Numbered from the stretch's first letter, positions 41,027 through 53,802 are shown. The stretch is 64,000 nt of DNA from Octopus vulgaris (GCA_951406725.2 OX597823.1:45136001-45200000); one strand, 5' to 3'. Translations and numbers: made by a program. The notes: generated by a model not told the origin, from the letters alone.

Positions 41027-41591
41027 ACTAAACTTGACTAAGTGTGTGAATAACACTTATATTGCTAGAAATAAGAGCTAAAATGCTCCAATGCTGTTAC
41101 AATTCTTATAAACAACATTAGAGCGTTTTAGTTCCTATTTGTAGCAATGTAGGTGTTATTCACACCCTTAGTCAAGTTTAGTTCATGACTATAATTTTCC
41201 TTCATGGTATAATATTGCAAGCAGCTGTTTTTATTAATTTTTGCCTACACATTAGCGATCTGCCTAATCATCCATAGATATATCTGGTGAATATATATAC
41301 TTTGATAAGTGAGGCAGCCCAGAATCAACTGAAGGATCTGGCCTTACTGAAGATGGCTATGGAAATAGCTGAAACTGGTCAGTCAGTCAGTCAACGGAAT
41401 TCTTGATTTGGTGTTTGAGGTGATTGCAGCCCCTATCAGAGTATATGTTATGTATTTTGTAACTGCATTGGAGCATTTTAGCTCCTATTTCTAGCAATGT
41501 AGATGTTATTCACACTCTCAGTCAAGTTTAGTCAATGCCTATGATTTTTCTTTATGGTATAATATTGCAAACAGCTGATTTTATTAATTTT
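41027..41591 (+). mobile_element. Penelope-like remnant with inverted plus direct terminal repeats and a hammerhead-like motif
   Basis: 41027-41098 is the reverse complement of 41111-41182; 41111-41241 is directly repeated at 41461-41591; CTGAAGA-stem II-GAAAC..GTC at 41347-41380. Confidence 0.65.
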
Positions 41592-41845
41592 ATACACACA
41601 CACACACACACACAAATATATATATATATATATATATCAGTCTTTCAAAATGTGACCTCGTGTGTACCGTTGGCGATTTTTTTTTTTCCCTCTGTCTTCC
41701 CTTCTCTGTATCTTTCCCTCTCCTATGTTTCCGACGAAGAGCTCCGCTCGAAACGTTACACCCTCCTTCTTTCCTTCTTTCCTGAGCGTCCATTAATACT
41801 ATATTTGTTCCACATCCTCGCGTTTTTGTGCTTTCTTGTTTGGAT

Positions 41846-41882
<37 letters not shown>

Positions 41883-43443
41883 TGGAGCAAGCACATAAAT
41901 ATGAAACAAGGTGGAAAAATGAGTACTCAAATACCAGAGGTAGAGTAATATGCTTTATTTAAAATCAGCAGAAATATAACACAAGCTGTTACACAGAGTT
42001 TCCTGTTCCCTTTCCTCGGACAGTTTTGTTAACAAAACTGTCCCACAAATGGGAATGGGAAAGATGGAGGGTCATTAAACCAGAACGAGATTAAATAGCA
42101 TATGCTGGAGAAATATTTTCTTTGAAAAGAGAAAAGATAGAAGACGTCCAGCCCTTTGGATGTACTGCGGGAAAAGAAAGATGGATGATGGTCACATGTG
42201 AGCAACGAGAGAAAGAAAAGAGAAAGAGGGGAGAAAGAGAGAGAGACAGATAGAAAATGGTGAAAGGGAGAAAAAGGGAATTAGAGAAGGATAGGGGAGA
42301 AAAAGTATTGAGTAGAGTTGCATCAAAAAGGTTAAGGTAAACTTACTTGGAAATGGATGTGTGGTGTTCAATTAGATAATAATATACTTGGTGCCCTAAC
42401 AAAAAATTTAAAATGTAAAGAATAATAAACCATAAAATAAATTTTTATCTTTCAAAATAAGATGGAAAATAATGTCTATTTTTGTATACTTCCACTTTAT
42501 TTATATTTGAAAAGTTTTCTCCTTAGTTTTTTTATTTTTTAATTGCAAGATATTCGATGATATTGTTAAAATTAATTTCACATAAATCTTCTGCTTCTAT
42601 ACTTAGTTGAGATAAGGCATTACGAATATTATTTCAGCAAGTTTAAAGTGATTTCTTTCATGCCATAAACCATTTCATTTCTGTGGTACCCTTATCCCTT
42701 GGTACCCTAAGCATATGCTTATTTTGCTTAATGGTTAATCCAGCATTGGGTGTATGTGATTGTATATAGAAGAATATATTTATCAAAAGAATTCCAACTG
42801 TGTCTGATTTTCACGTTTTATTTACAATCTTATAATACTATAATATAATGAAATGATAGAATATTAAATGTTCATTCTGATTGAACTAGTACTTTCATGC
42901 ATTAAACTATGCAATCTTCAGGTTCATATGGTAATGGTGACAGCTATGTTTTACAATTTACAACTGTAGTGAAATGGCTAAAATGTGTGCCTTAAATACA
43001 TTTGTATAGGCTCCAGAATGTTAAGTTTTGCAAACTGTATTCTGACCAATCAGTGTGTGACTTCACTAAATTACTTACGTTGATTGGTGTTCGGTTTAGG
43101 TGTCACAGTTTGTTGAACATGTCAAGAGACCTGTATTTTGAACCTGGCCAAAGCAGTAGTTCTTTGGCTATTTTTAGAAATGTTATAAACATTTCCCAGG
43201 CAGTTTTACATTTCAGTTATCATCATCTCCATTACCATCACCTTATTATTGTTGTCATTGGTGGTGGTGGTGGTGGTAGGAGTAGCTGTAGTTATAGAAT
43301 TTATTTTTACTGACTTTTCTCTCGACTTAGTTAGTATTTTCTTGCTATTCTCATCATGAGAACCTTTACTATTGTTATTGTTGTTAGTGCTAGTGGTCGT
43401 AGCAGTAGAAATAGTACCTCTAAGTATTATTCATATTGTTTAT

Positions 43444-43885
43444 TTAGCTTGGGTTAGAATTTATAAATAAAGATCTTTTCTCTGATTTTTCTCTGATTTC
43501 ACTTGGATTGTGTAGTTTGTGGAATGGAAATATTATGAATATTTTTCGACTACATGTTGCTAAATGGCTACTCAAAGGCATCTGACAGACTGACATCTGT
43601 GTCTCTAATTTGCTGTCAGTGCATATGTGAACATTCTGATAGTACATTTCCAGTCTGACCCACATATAGTTCTTCACAATTTGGGCGTTTGATGCAGTAA
43701 ATTAAATTTCTGCTTTCACAGTTCATATTTGCGTTTGTGAATACTTTTCCGGTTTTGTGTTGATATATTTGCCAGTATGTATGAATTGGCATGTGCCAAT
43801 TCGGCTATCATTGCATTTAGATACAGTGAATGATTGGTCTTTATTGCTAAGGTCAAACTTTGCCTTTGTTAATAATTTTTTTCAA
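43444..43885 (-). mobile_element. Penelope-like element GIY-YIG endonuclease remnant
   Basis: Minus strand reads KCNDSRIGTC..MNCESRNLIYCIKRPNCEELYVGQTG..IIFPF; frameshifted. Confidence 0.8.
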
Positions 43886-44198
43886 GTATACACACACACA
43901 CACACACACATATGATATGGCCACAGTCAAATGGCTGTAACAAGTAAAAGAAAAGTAAAAGAATGATTGACATCTTTCAGTTTCCCTCTACCAAAATCCA
44001 CTCACAAGGCTTTGGTTGACCCAAAGCTATAATAGAAGACACTTGCCCATGGTATTGCACAATGGGACTGAACCTGGAACTACATGGTTGGGAAGCAAAC
44101 TTCTTACCACATAGCCACATCAGCACAAACACTGACCAATTCCCTAATGCTGCCATTTCTTACAATGCTGTTCTCAATCAGCCTGCAATAACATCTAC

Positions 44199-44417
44199 CC
44201 CTTTAGCAGTCAGATTACTTTGTCATGTGTAATGCTTATTTATTCACATTGTTTTAAATTAATCATACATTATCTAAACACTTCAAGATTTTGATCCTGT
44301 AATTGTTTATTTTTATAATGCCATTGCAGTGTAGGGGACGAGGCTAGATCTGGTTTGTTTGAACATAGAACCAGTAGAATATTTGGGTTGGATATGGTTG
44401 GTTTCAATGTTAAAGGA
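44199..44417. mobile_element. piggyBac-type MITE (second family), reverse copy of 57188-57408
   Basis: CCCTTTAGCA...TGTTAAAGGA-TTAA; the body is the reverse complement of the 57.2 kb copy. Confidence 0.7.
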
Positions 44418-45199
44418 TTAAGGTTATGAATTTAGCTTACAAATACTTTATTTATATGAAGGTGTATGGCTTAGTGGTTAGAGCATCAGGCTCGCAATCA
44501 TGAGGTAGTTAGTTCAATTCCTAGACTGGGCTGTGTGTTGAATTCTCAAGCAAGATACTTTATTTCATGTTGCTCCAGTTCACTCTTTGCTTTTCCTTTG
44601 GATAATATTGGTGGCATGGAGAGAAGAGGCTGCTGAGAGGAACTTTCTAGAGGCAATTCCCATTTTGTGCCAAAATTTGAAATCGATATTTGAGTGAAAT
44701 TTACCCTCGTGAGAAATAACAGTAAAGTTGGGGCAGAACTCATAGTTAGTGTACCTAATTGATTATAATTTTTTATATTGATGGTGTCCCTGGATAAATT
44801 CCTCCAATCGTTATGATACTATTTAATGCCACATTTGCATATTATTATGCATAAATGTAGTGATTCTGTTATCACTAATCTACCAAGTTCAGAGAAAAGT
44901 ATGCTTTACTGTGGCGGTCAAATAAGAATGAAACATGTCCAAAGTTGTCACCCATACTTGCTATCATTAGATTATACTTATATTACCCATTGAGCTAAAG
45001 TTTTCTTCTACATATACATACACATAAATACACACACATACATGCACACACACAAATTTTGACTATTAATCAAGTAGACTATTTGCTTTCCTTTCATACC
45101 ACATAAAGCTATTTAGCTGTTCTACAGTTAAATATTTAAGCAAAAGAGAGAGAAACTAATAGTGTGTGTGTGCGTGTGTGTGTGTTTGTGTGTGTGTGT

Positions 45200-45261
<62 letters not shown>

Positions 45262-45690
45262 ACACAGGATCAACCACAGAAAATTTACTGTCAATGAGAT
45301 AGTGTTTCCAAGCATAAACTTGGGGGGAGATTGTAAAACAATGGCAAATAATAATTTTCATTACAAACAGAAACAACAACAGCAACAACAATTCTATTTC
45401 CAATGATCAGCAGATGTTATAGAAGGCCCAAGGATATAGACAGTTTAATTTTAAGTGACAAACATAAATAAGTTTCCTCATTAAGAAGTTGAGTCTATTA
45501 AAAGTTGGAGCTATAGTTTCAACACTGTCTAATGAGATGTTTAGTTAAAGGGATGGTTGCTGTATTAACCTGTTAGGGAGAATGGTAGAGGTAATTATAT
45601 AAGAAATAAGGCTTAGTAATTTCCAGAGTTAACCTTGTGTGGATTATTAATCACATATACAGTAGTTGGAATATATATATATTAGTTGGA

Positions 45691-45770
<80 letters not shown>

Positions 45771-45853
45771 ATAAATATTAGGGAGTAAATCCAAATTTAC
45801 AGGGAAAAATCAGATTTAGGATTGAATCCAATTTTATAGTAAAATATTATATA

Positions 45854-46037
45854 ATATTAATTAGAGACAAAACCACTATTTTGCAAATCAAACAAGGAAA
45901 GACTTAATCAATACATAAAAAAATTTTAATATAAAGTAAATAAATAAATAATAAATATTTACTTTATATTAAAATTTTTTTATGTATTGATTAAGTCTTT
46001 CCTTGTTTGATTTGCAAAATAGTGGTTTTGTCTCTAA

Positions 46038-46044
<7 letters not shown>
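45854..46044. repeat. Perfect inverted repeat, about 89-bp arms with a 13-nt spacer
   Basis: 45854-45942 matches the reverse complement of 45956-46044 by eye, with no mismatch found. Confidence 0.92.
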
Positions 46045-46085
<41 letters not shown>

Positions 46086-46112
46086 TTGGAATATATATAT
46101 ATATATATATAT

Positions 46113-47427
46113 AAAATAGTAAAAAGTGAAAAAACTACAGAAGGCTTGTTTTAAAAGGTTAAAAAATATATATTTGAGTCAATATGTCTGAAGAATGTTA
46201 TAAAATTTTTTTCTTATAATGACATAGTTTAGAAGAAATGACCGGTTTCGCGTTCAGCTTTTCAAATTTCTTACATCGTTATGTTTACGTTGAGTAGAGT
46301 AATCGTTATGTTTATGTTGAGAAGAGTTCCATATAAGGGGAGGTAATAAGTGATTTCTTCCGGTGTAAGGGAGATAATCGCTTAAAATTTTTTGCCTTTC
46401 CTTTGGAGTGAATTTCTCTGTATAAGTATGTTGGAATGGTTAAGTCTGGGTTTGTACTTTTCAATGAAGAATGTTTCCTTGTTTAGTCTAATTTGTGCTG
46501 GTGTTCCGATAGCACATTGTTAAAATGGAAAGATTAAAAATTGTGGTAGTAGTTGCTTTGCGCATTTCTCAATGTGCTCACTAAAGGGTATCATTTTGTA
46601 TTCTGGGAATGCAATCTGTTGTCGATGCAGTGTGCATCTACATCTGAGTGATAGTCCCGTGGAACCCACGTAGTCTTGGTGGCAGCCCGAGCATTTTATG
46701 ACATAAATTATGTTTTCAGAGGCACAAGTAAAGTTACATTTGATCTTGAATTTCTGTCCCTCTTTGAAGAGGAATTCTGATCCTTCTAGCAGGTTTGGAC
46801 ATGTTGCACAGTTCGGTCTACCACATTTTTGTGTATTCCATTGTGAACTGTATATTTGGGTTTATGCTGTTCAATAGGTTTTTAAATTTTAGGAGTTTAT
46901 CTGTGTTTTCATTCGGATGCAAAAGTAAAAATATGTGGTAGACTGAACTGTGCAATTTTTAATCTTTCCATTTTAACAATGTGCTATCGGAACACCAACA
47001 CAAATTAGACTAAACAAGGAAACATTCTTCATTGAAAAGTACAAGCCCAGACTTAACCATTCCAACATACTTATACAGAGAAATTCACTCCAAAGGAAAG
47101 GCAAAAAATTTTAAGCGATTATCTCCCTTACACCGGAAGAAATCACTTATTACCTTCCCTTATATGGAACTCTTCTCAACATAAACATAACGATTACTCT
47201 ACTCAACGTAAACATAATGATGTAAGAAATTTGAAAAGCTGAATGCGAAACCGGTCATTTCTTCTAAACTATGTCATTATAAGAAAAAAATTTTATAACA
47301 TTCTTCAGACATATTGACTCAAATATATATTTTTTAACCTTTTAAAACAAGCCTTCTGTAGTTTTTTCACTTTTTACTATTTTCTATATATTCAACCACG
47401 TGCTTTCACAAACCAGCTTTCTCATCT
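46113..47427. mobile_element. Penelope-like element with inverted pseudo-LTRs (GIY-YIG on the minus strand)
   Basis: Minus strand KCGRPNCATC..FTCASENIIYVIKCSGCHQDYVGSTG..H..SEH..FLIFPF*..RLNKETFFIEKYKPRLN; 46113-46543 is the reverse complement of 46953-47383. Confidence 0.92.
47224..47263 (+). ncRNA. Minimal hammerhead-ribozyme-like motif, U3-A8 variant (mirror copy at 46233-46272 on minus)
   Basis: AAGAAAT-TTGAAAA-GC-TGAAT-GC-GAAA-CCGG-TC-ATTTCTT: 7-bp stem I, GUC cleavage site, palindromic stem III, located just 3' of the Penelope ORF. Confidence 0.6.
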
Positions 47428-48428
47428 ATATATATATAACGGGAAGCTTTATGAAAATAGACAAAAGACGAAGGCAGGTTTACGGAAATAAACAAAAGAC
47501 GAAGGCAGGTGGAATACAAACAAACAATTGTATTAGTATGGTGCTCAGGAAATATAAATAAAACAAGTCTTTAACGTTTCGAGCCTACGCTCTTCAACTA
47601 TATATATATGGAGTGGTTGGCATTAGGAAGGGCATCCAGCTGTAGAAACACTGCCAGATCAGACTGGAGCCTGGTGCAGCCAACTGGCTTCCCAGACCCT
47701 GGTCGAACTGTCCATCCCATGCTAGCATGAAAAACGGACGTTAAACGATGATGATGATGATTATACATATATACGACTGTGAGGTTGTGAGTTCCAATCC
47801 TGGACCGGGCTGCGTGTTGTGTTCTTGAGCAAGACACTTTATTTCACATTGTTCCAGTTCACTCAGCTGTAGAAATAAGTTGCAATGTCACTGGTGCCAA
47901 ACTGTATCGGCTTTACCTTTCCCTTAGATGACATCAGTGGTGTGGAGAGGGGAAGCTGGTATGCATGGGCGACTACTGGTCTTCCATAAACAACCTTGCC
48001 CGGACTTTTGCCTCGGAGGGTAACTTTCTTTGATGTATATGTATATAGAGTATGAGAGGTATTGGTGTCAAGAAGACCCAAAAGGTGTTGGGTAACACAA
48101 AGTAAGGGCTATGGATACACCATGGTTAAACTCCAGGTTCGATAATGATACGAATGAAGAGTCCAATGTGGGTCATGTATTAGCATGCATATATATAAAT
48201 TGACAGGCTGTGAATATATACACATAATACAATTATACGCATGTGTGTTTGCATGCATGCATTTATATATGCAAAAATAGATACAAATGAGTGTGTATAT
48301 GTGTGAATGCATTTGTTACAGTCATGTCTTCCCAATCTTATGGAGCATCCCCCTCTGTACGCTCTATACTACCCCTACCACTGTTCCCTGTATATATACA
48401 TCAGTACATCTCAAACACCATCTATCTA

Positions 48429-48469
<41 letters not shown>

Positions 48470-49408
48470 GACTGCTTCTCTATGTTTCTATGTTTCTCTC
48501 TATCTCCCTTCCACCTTAACTGTCCTACATGGGTAACCAAGTATCTCCTCTATTGTAACACAACTATCACTATCCCTTTATTATACTCTAACCTCTCGCC
48601 CAACACATGGCTACTTCTCTTGGTTCCATTCCCTCTCTCAACTAAGAAGTCTTTGTCTTGCAAGCTACTTGGCAACCCTGCTGGTGCTGGTGCCACATAA
48701 AAAGCACCTGTGCTGGTGTTTTAAAATGTGCTTGTGCCAGTACCGCACAAGTACCGCACATAAAAAGAATATGTAAAAAGTACCCTGCAAACTCTGTAAA
48801 GTGGTTGATGTAAAATGTACCCTGTACACTCTGTAAAGTGGTTGATGTTAGGAATGGCAACCATCCTTAGAAACCACATCAAAACAGACAATTAGAGCCT
48901 AGTGCAGTTCCCTGGCTTACCAGCTCCTGTCAAACTGTCCAACCCATGCAAGCATGGGAAATGGACGTTAAATAATGATGATAATGATGATATATGCATA
49001 TAAGCATGCATTGTAATAAATCTCAAATTATCCAAGTCCAGAGTGTAGTTCATTTATAATTAATTAAGTGAATAAGTTGCTAGCATAACGCTATTTATGC
49101 AAATCAGATTTGCCAATTCAATTTAGTGTATCCATCTAATTCAGTAGCTATAAATGGCCGTTAGCTATATACCTTTCAATGCAAGGTGAAAGCAGGGTAT
49201 GCAGCTTATGAGGAATGTCCTAGTTTGGACTACAGCCTGGTCAGTCAGGTCATTTCGAATTAGTTTGTCTACTGAAAGATTAATAGCCAGATATTCATTG
49301 TGGTGCGTTCATTACACATAGAAAAAAAATTACCGGAACAGCCAATATATAAGATATACATCTAGATACATTTGAAGACATGCATAATATTTGTGTGTGT
49401 ATGTTTGT

Positions 49409-49449
<41 letters not shown>

Positions 49450-50062
49450 TGTGTGTGTGTGCTAATTGCATTGCATTTGAAAAACTTTTGGGGTCTGGTT
49501 TTTGACAAGAAACCTAGAGCAACGGAAAAGTAGTCAAATTTAACTATTTTATGTGTGCGTGTATGTGTTTGTGTATGTGTTTGTGTGTGTGTGTGTGTGT
49601 GTGCTGGTGCACGCGTGTGCGCACGCGTGTGTCTGTTTTTGTATGTATACATGTACTGATTATTTTTAAAAAATTTTTGCTCATATTTCATGTCTGTTTA
49701 TTGTGGAGAAAAAAATTATTTTTTATTATAAAAGCATCTTTTGTTGTTTTCTGATTTTTATCTCTCTGCTCCATAGTGTGTTGCAACTCAATGCTAAAGC
49801 ACAAGTCTCAAATAATCAGTCTTGCCAGTCAAAACAAAATCTGATTTTAGATTTTCGAATATCTAATGTGTGTGCGTGTGTGTATGTTGAGTGTGTGTGT
49901 GTGTGTGTGTGTGTGCGTGTGTGTGCGTGCACGTGTGTTTGTGTATGGGCACGTGTGCATGTGTAACATATATATACATACACACATATATATGTATATG
50001 TATATATATATAAGTATATATGTATGCATATATGTATATATATATATGTATATATGTATGTA

Positions 50063-50153
<91 letters not shown>

Positions 50154-50180
50154 GAATGTATATATTTATGTATATGTATA

Positions 50181-50262
<82 letters not shown>

Positions 50263-50626
50263 AATGTATATGCATATATATGTATTGGTTTTTGTTTTGT
50301 TTCTGGAAAAAAATTTCCTTTCATTTTTTGTTCTTTCTTATTGAATTTTTTTTATTTCTTTTCTTTTTTGTTCTTTTGTAAACAGTCATCGCATCTCTCT
50401 ATCTTCATGAAATAAATAGATAAAAATCAATTAAATTCAAAGAATCTTCATGAGGCTAAATCTAAAAATGAAAGTTGGATTTTTAATGCATAATGACAGA
50501 CATAAAAACAAAAAACAACAACAACTATAGCTATGACAATGAAAAGTACTTGTTTTGTTTTTCTTACAGCAACAATTATTTGGCAATGCTTCTAGCTCTG
50601 TAGAGTGCAGAATGGAAGGACTCTGT

Positions 50627-51030
50627 TTCTTTGAAATCAATAATTCTAGCAAGACCATAAGGGAGCCGCTGTTGTTGTTTGACTTGCTAAAAATAGCAGC
50701 CTAAACGTTCTCTAATTGCAACACTTCAACTGATTTTAAAAAGGAACGTTACATGGGTTATGTAGTTGTAGATACCATTAAAACAAAAGGACAGTGGTTT
50801 CAGTGGTATCTAACTGTGGCTCAATTGAGGCTTCTTTGAAATCAATAATTCTAGCAAGCCCATAAAGGAACCTCTATTGTTGTTTGACCTGCTAAATATA
50901 GCAGCCTAAGCTTTCTCTAATTGCAACGTTTCAACTGTCTTTGAAAAGGAATGTTACATGGGATATGTCGTCCCAAATACCACTAAAACAAGAGGACTGT
51001 TGATTCAGTGGTATCTGGGTCTGACTCAAG
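50627..51030 (+). repeat. Diverged tandem duplication with a 205-bp period
   Basis: TTCTTTGAAATCAATAATTCTAGCAAG at 50627 and 50832 with colinear downstream similarity. Confidence 0.9.
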
Positions 51031-51044
51031 GAAACTGGGAAAGG

Positions 51045-51143
51045 GTATTTCAGTTTCGGGGCAAGGTACTTCAGTTTGGGGTAAAGTACTTCAGTTTTGG
51101 GGCAAAGTACTTCAGTTTGAGGGGCAGAGTACTTCAGTTTTGG
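51045..51143 (+). repeat. Minisatellite, five units of about 20-22 bp (AAAGTACTTCAGTTTTGGGGC-like)
   Basis: Five GTA(C/T)TTCAGTTT cores in tandem. Confidence 0.92.
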
Positions 51144-53802
51144 TGAGCTCCTCATTTACAAAAATAGAAATGTACAACAAATTGTCACAAAGTCTGTTTT
51201 CTAGCCCATTATTTTAATATCTACTTTTCCATATTTGCTTTGGTCAGAATTTGTCATGGCAGATTTTTCTACACCTAGATGTTCTTCCTATCACAACTCT
51301 CTGGTACTTTTCGATCTTGCATGGGTTAGGTGAAATTAGCTGAGGCCGATTTTCAATGGTCAAATGCCCTTCCTGTTGTCAATCCTCATCTGTTTCCAAG
51401 CCAGGTAAAATTGCCCCTGTGCCAGGTATCATGTGATGGCAAGACAAAGGTACATAGAAACACATACACACCTACATATGTACATACAACATGCTTTCTT
51501 TTCAGTTTCCATCTACTAGCTCCACTGAAAAGGCTTTGAACTACTTTGAGGTATAATAGAAGATATTTCCCTTAGGTGCCATGCAGTGGGACTGAACCTG
51601 AAACCACATGGTGAGAAGAAATCTTCTGAGCTACACATCTGTGCATGTGCCTAGAATACATACATATTACATGTATTACATATTACATAAATGTTAAATT
51701 CCTAAAACTATCAGACGTTTTAGCAAAGGAATTAAAGTTGGACCAAAGCATATGAAATCAAGAAAACTTTGTAAAAATGAAAAAAAGAAAGGAAGAAAAG
51801 AAAAAAGAAAAGAATTCATAAGACTCATCTTCCAAGAGGGCTTGGAAGTGGGGTTCTGTATAGAACCCAGGGCAATGGCCTTTTTGTCTCCTTATAAATT
51901 CAGTTCTGCAAGGCTGACCTTGGGATAAACAAAAACAGAAGCTGCCAGCAGGAATTATGGAAATATTGTACATTTAGGAGAGAATGTTCCTGGATGGAAT
52001 GTCTTTGATCATAGGTCTGCTTAATCAAGGCTGGCTGAGAGTCAAACAGCAACAACGGTAATAATACAAGCAGCAAGTATTGAAGTATAGAACTACAGAA
52101 GTATAGAACTACTGAAGTTTTTGTATAGAAGACAAGCAGTCGTAATCATAAGTTCATTGAAAGTAAATATATAAGAATAGCAATGGTTGGAGCCACTGAA
52201 AATACTAAAGTGTTTCATAGTTGTCTGCTTCAATAAATCATGATTATAAATGAAATCATAAAATGCTACAATTAAAATCAACAATAACCAATTCTGACAT
52301 TGGTGCCTGTAAGTGGCTGCTTAACCTGTAATAGCAGTCAAATTTCCCTGAAATTATACTCTGTTAACTGAACAGTAGATACTTTGGATAAAGTGGACCC
52401 AAGCATCACTCTCAGCAGTTACTCATAATTGATGAGTATGACTTGGTAATAACACAAAATGAAAAAAAAAACAAAAAACTTTTTTCCCACATTTAATGGA
52501 AGGATTTCATCAATGTTGCTTTGTTCTCCTGATCAATTAAAGACGAAATGTTTTGCTATAATCATGACCATGAATGTAAACATTGTGGAATAATGTTTGT
52601 AGATCTTATGCTTTCATTTTCTTCCTCTTCTTTCAGTTGTTTCACTCAGTTTGATTGACTGCAGCTTTTACTCCTCCATTCTTCATAGCTCTCAACACTT
52701 ATCCATTTTACACCTTACCAACTTAACAAAGGACACTTTGGATAAAGTATACTGGTGACAGACTAAGTCTTAAAAGAAAAAAAGCAAACAAAATGAAAGA
52801 AGATGGCCATAGCTGGGGGGAAAAAACCCAAAGATCTTTCCCAAGTCATATAGATTCATTGGGCCATTTTCCTGGTTTCCAGGGTGTATATATTCCAGTG
52901 GCATATGATGGTTGTTGTACTGGGTGTGCTGCCACAGTCAATGCTACCAAATTTCAAGCAGGGGTTATAACAAAAGTCTTCCATTAAGATTTGTAGTTAA
53001 ATTAATGAGTAAGGTTATTATTTATAAAGAATATGCCATTTACGATGGGCATGCATCAGACACCTAACACACCTGGAATATATGCCCCTGATATATTCCC
53101 CACCTGGAGGGGACTTCAGTCGCAAGATGACTCACTTTTTGCCAGCTGAGTGGACGGGTGCAACATGAAATAAAGTGTTTTGCTCAAGAACACAATGTGT
53201 TATCTGGTCCAGGAATCAAAACCACACTCTTACCATCATGTGTTCAACACCCTAATCACAAAACTACATGCTTCCACTATAGCTGGAAAGCTTTTTATCA
53301 TATGTTTACTCAACCTATGCTTAAACAACAACAATATGTACAACACTGCATCTAGCCATGGAAGTGTAATTAACCCTTAGGAGATGACAGGATTAATGTA
53401 TCAGCTGAAAAATTAAATGACAAAGAAGACAACTGGGCTGATCCATCAGCACAATAATACAAAATACTTGTTAGAGAGACCAATAAGTATGCTACCAACG
53501 TTCTCAGGAACATTGAACTCATTGAGTCGCTATCTCATAAATAACTCTGTCTTCTTGGCACTGAAACTCCAAATGAGGCTCTGTCACCAAAGGATTAAAA
53601 TGCTTGGTTCAAGACCAAGTGGTTTCAGATTTGATTTCATTGCTTGACATATTGGGTGAATATTCTCTGCTATAGACTTATGCTTGTCAATATCTTGTCA
53701 ATGGAACTACTTGTGTGTAGAAGCTCATCATACATACAAGCATATCTATGCATCTATACATATACACACATGCACACACCTACATATATATGCACATATA
53801 TA

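Noticed and set aside
42387-42748. Possible hAT MITE ending GGTTAATCCAGCATTG
   Set aside because: Only one plausible terminus is visible; no partner TIR or TSD, so it is not listed as a feature.
51045-51143. CRISPR-like short repeats (also 14949-15032)
   Set aside because: Units are contiguous with no unique spacers, there are no cas genes, and the context is eukaryotic.
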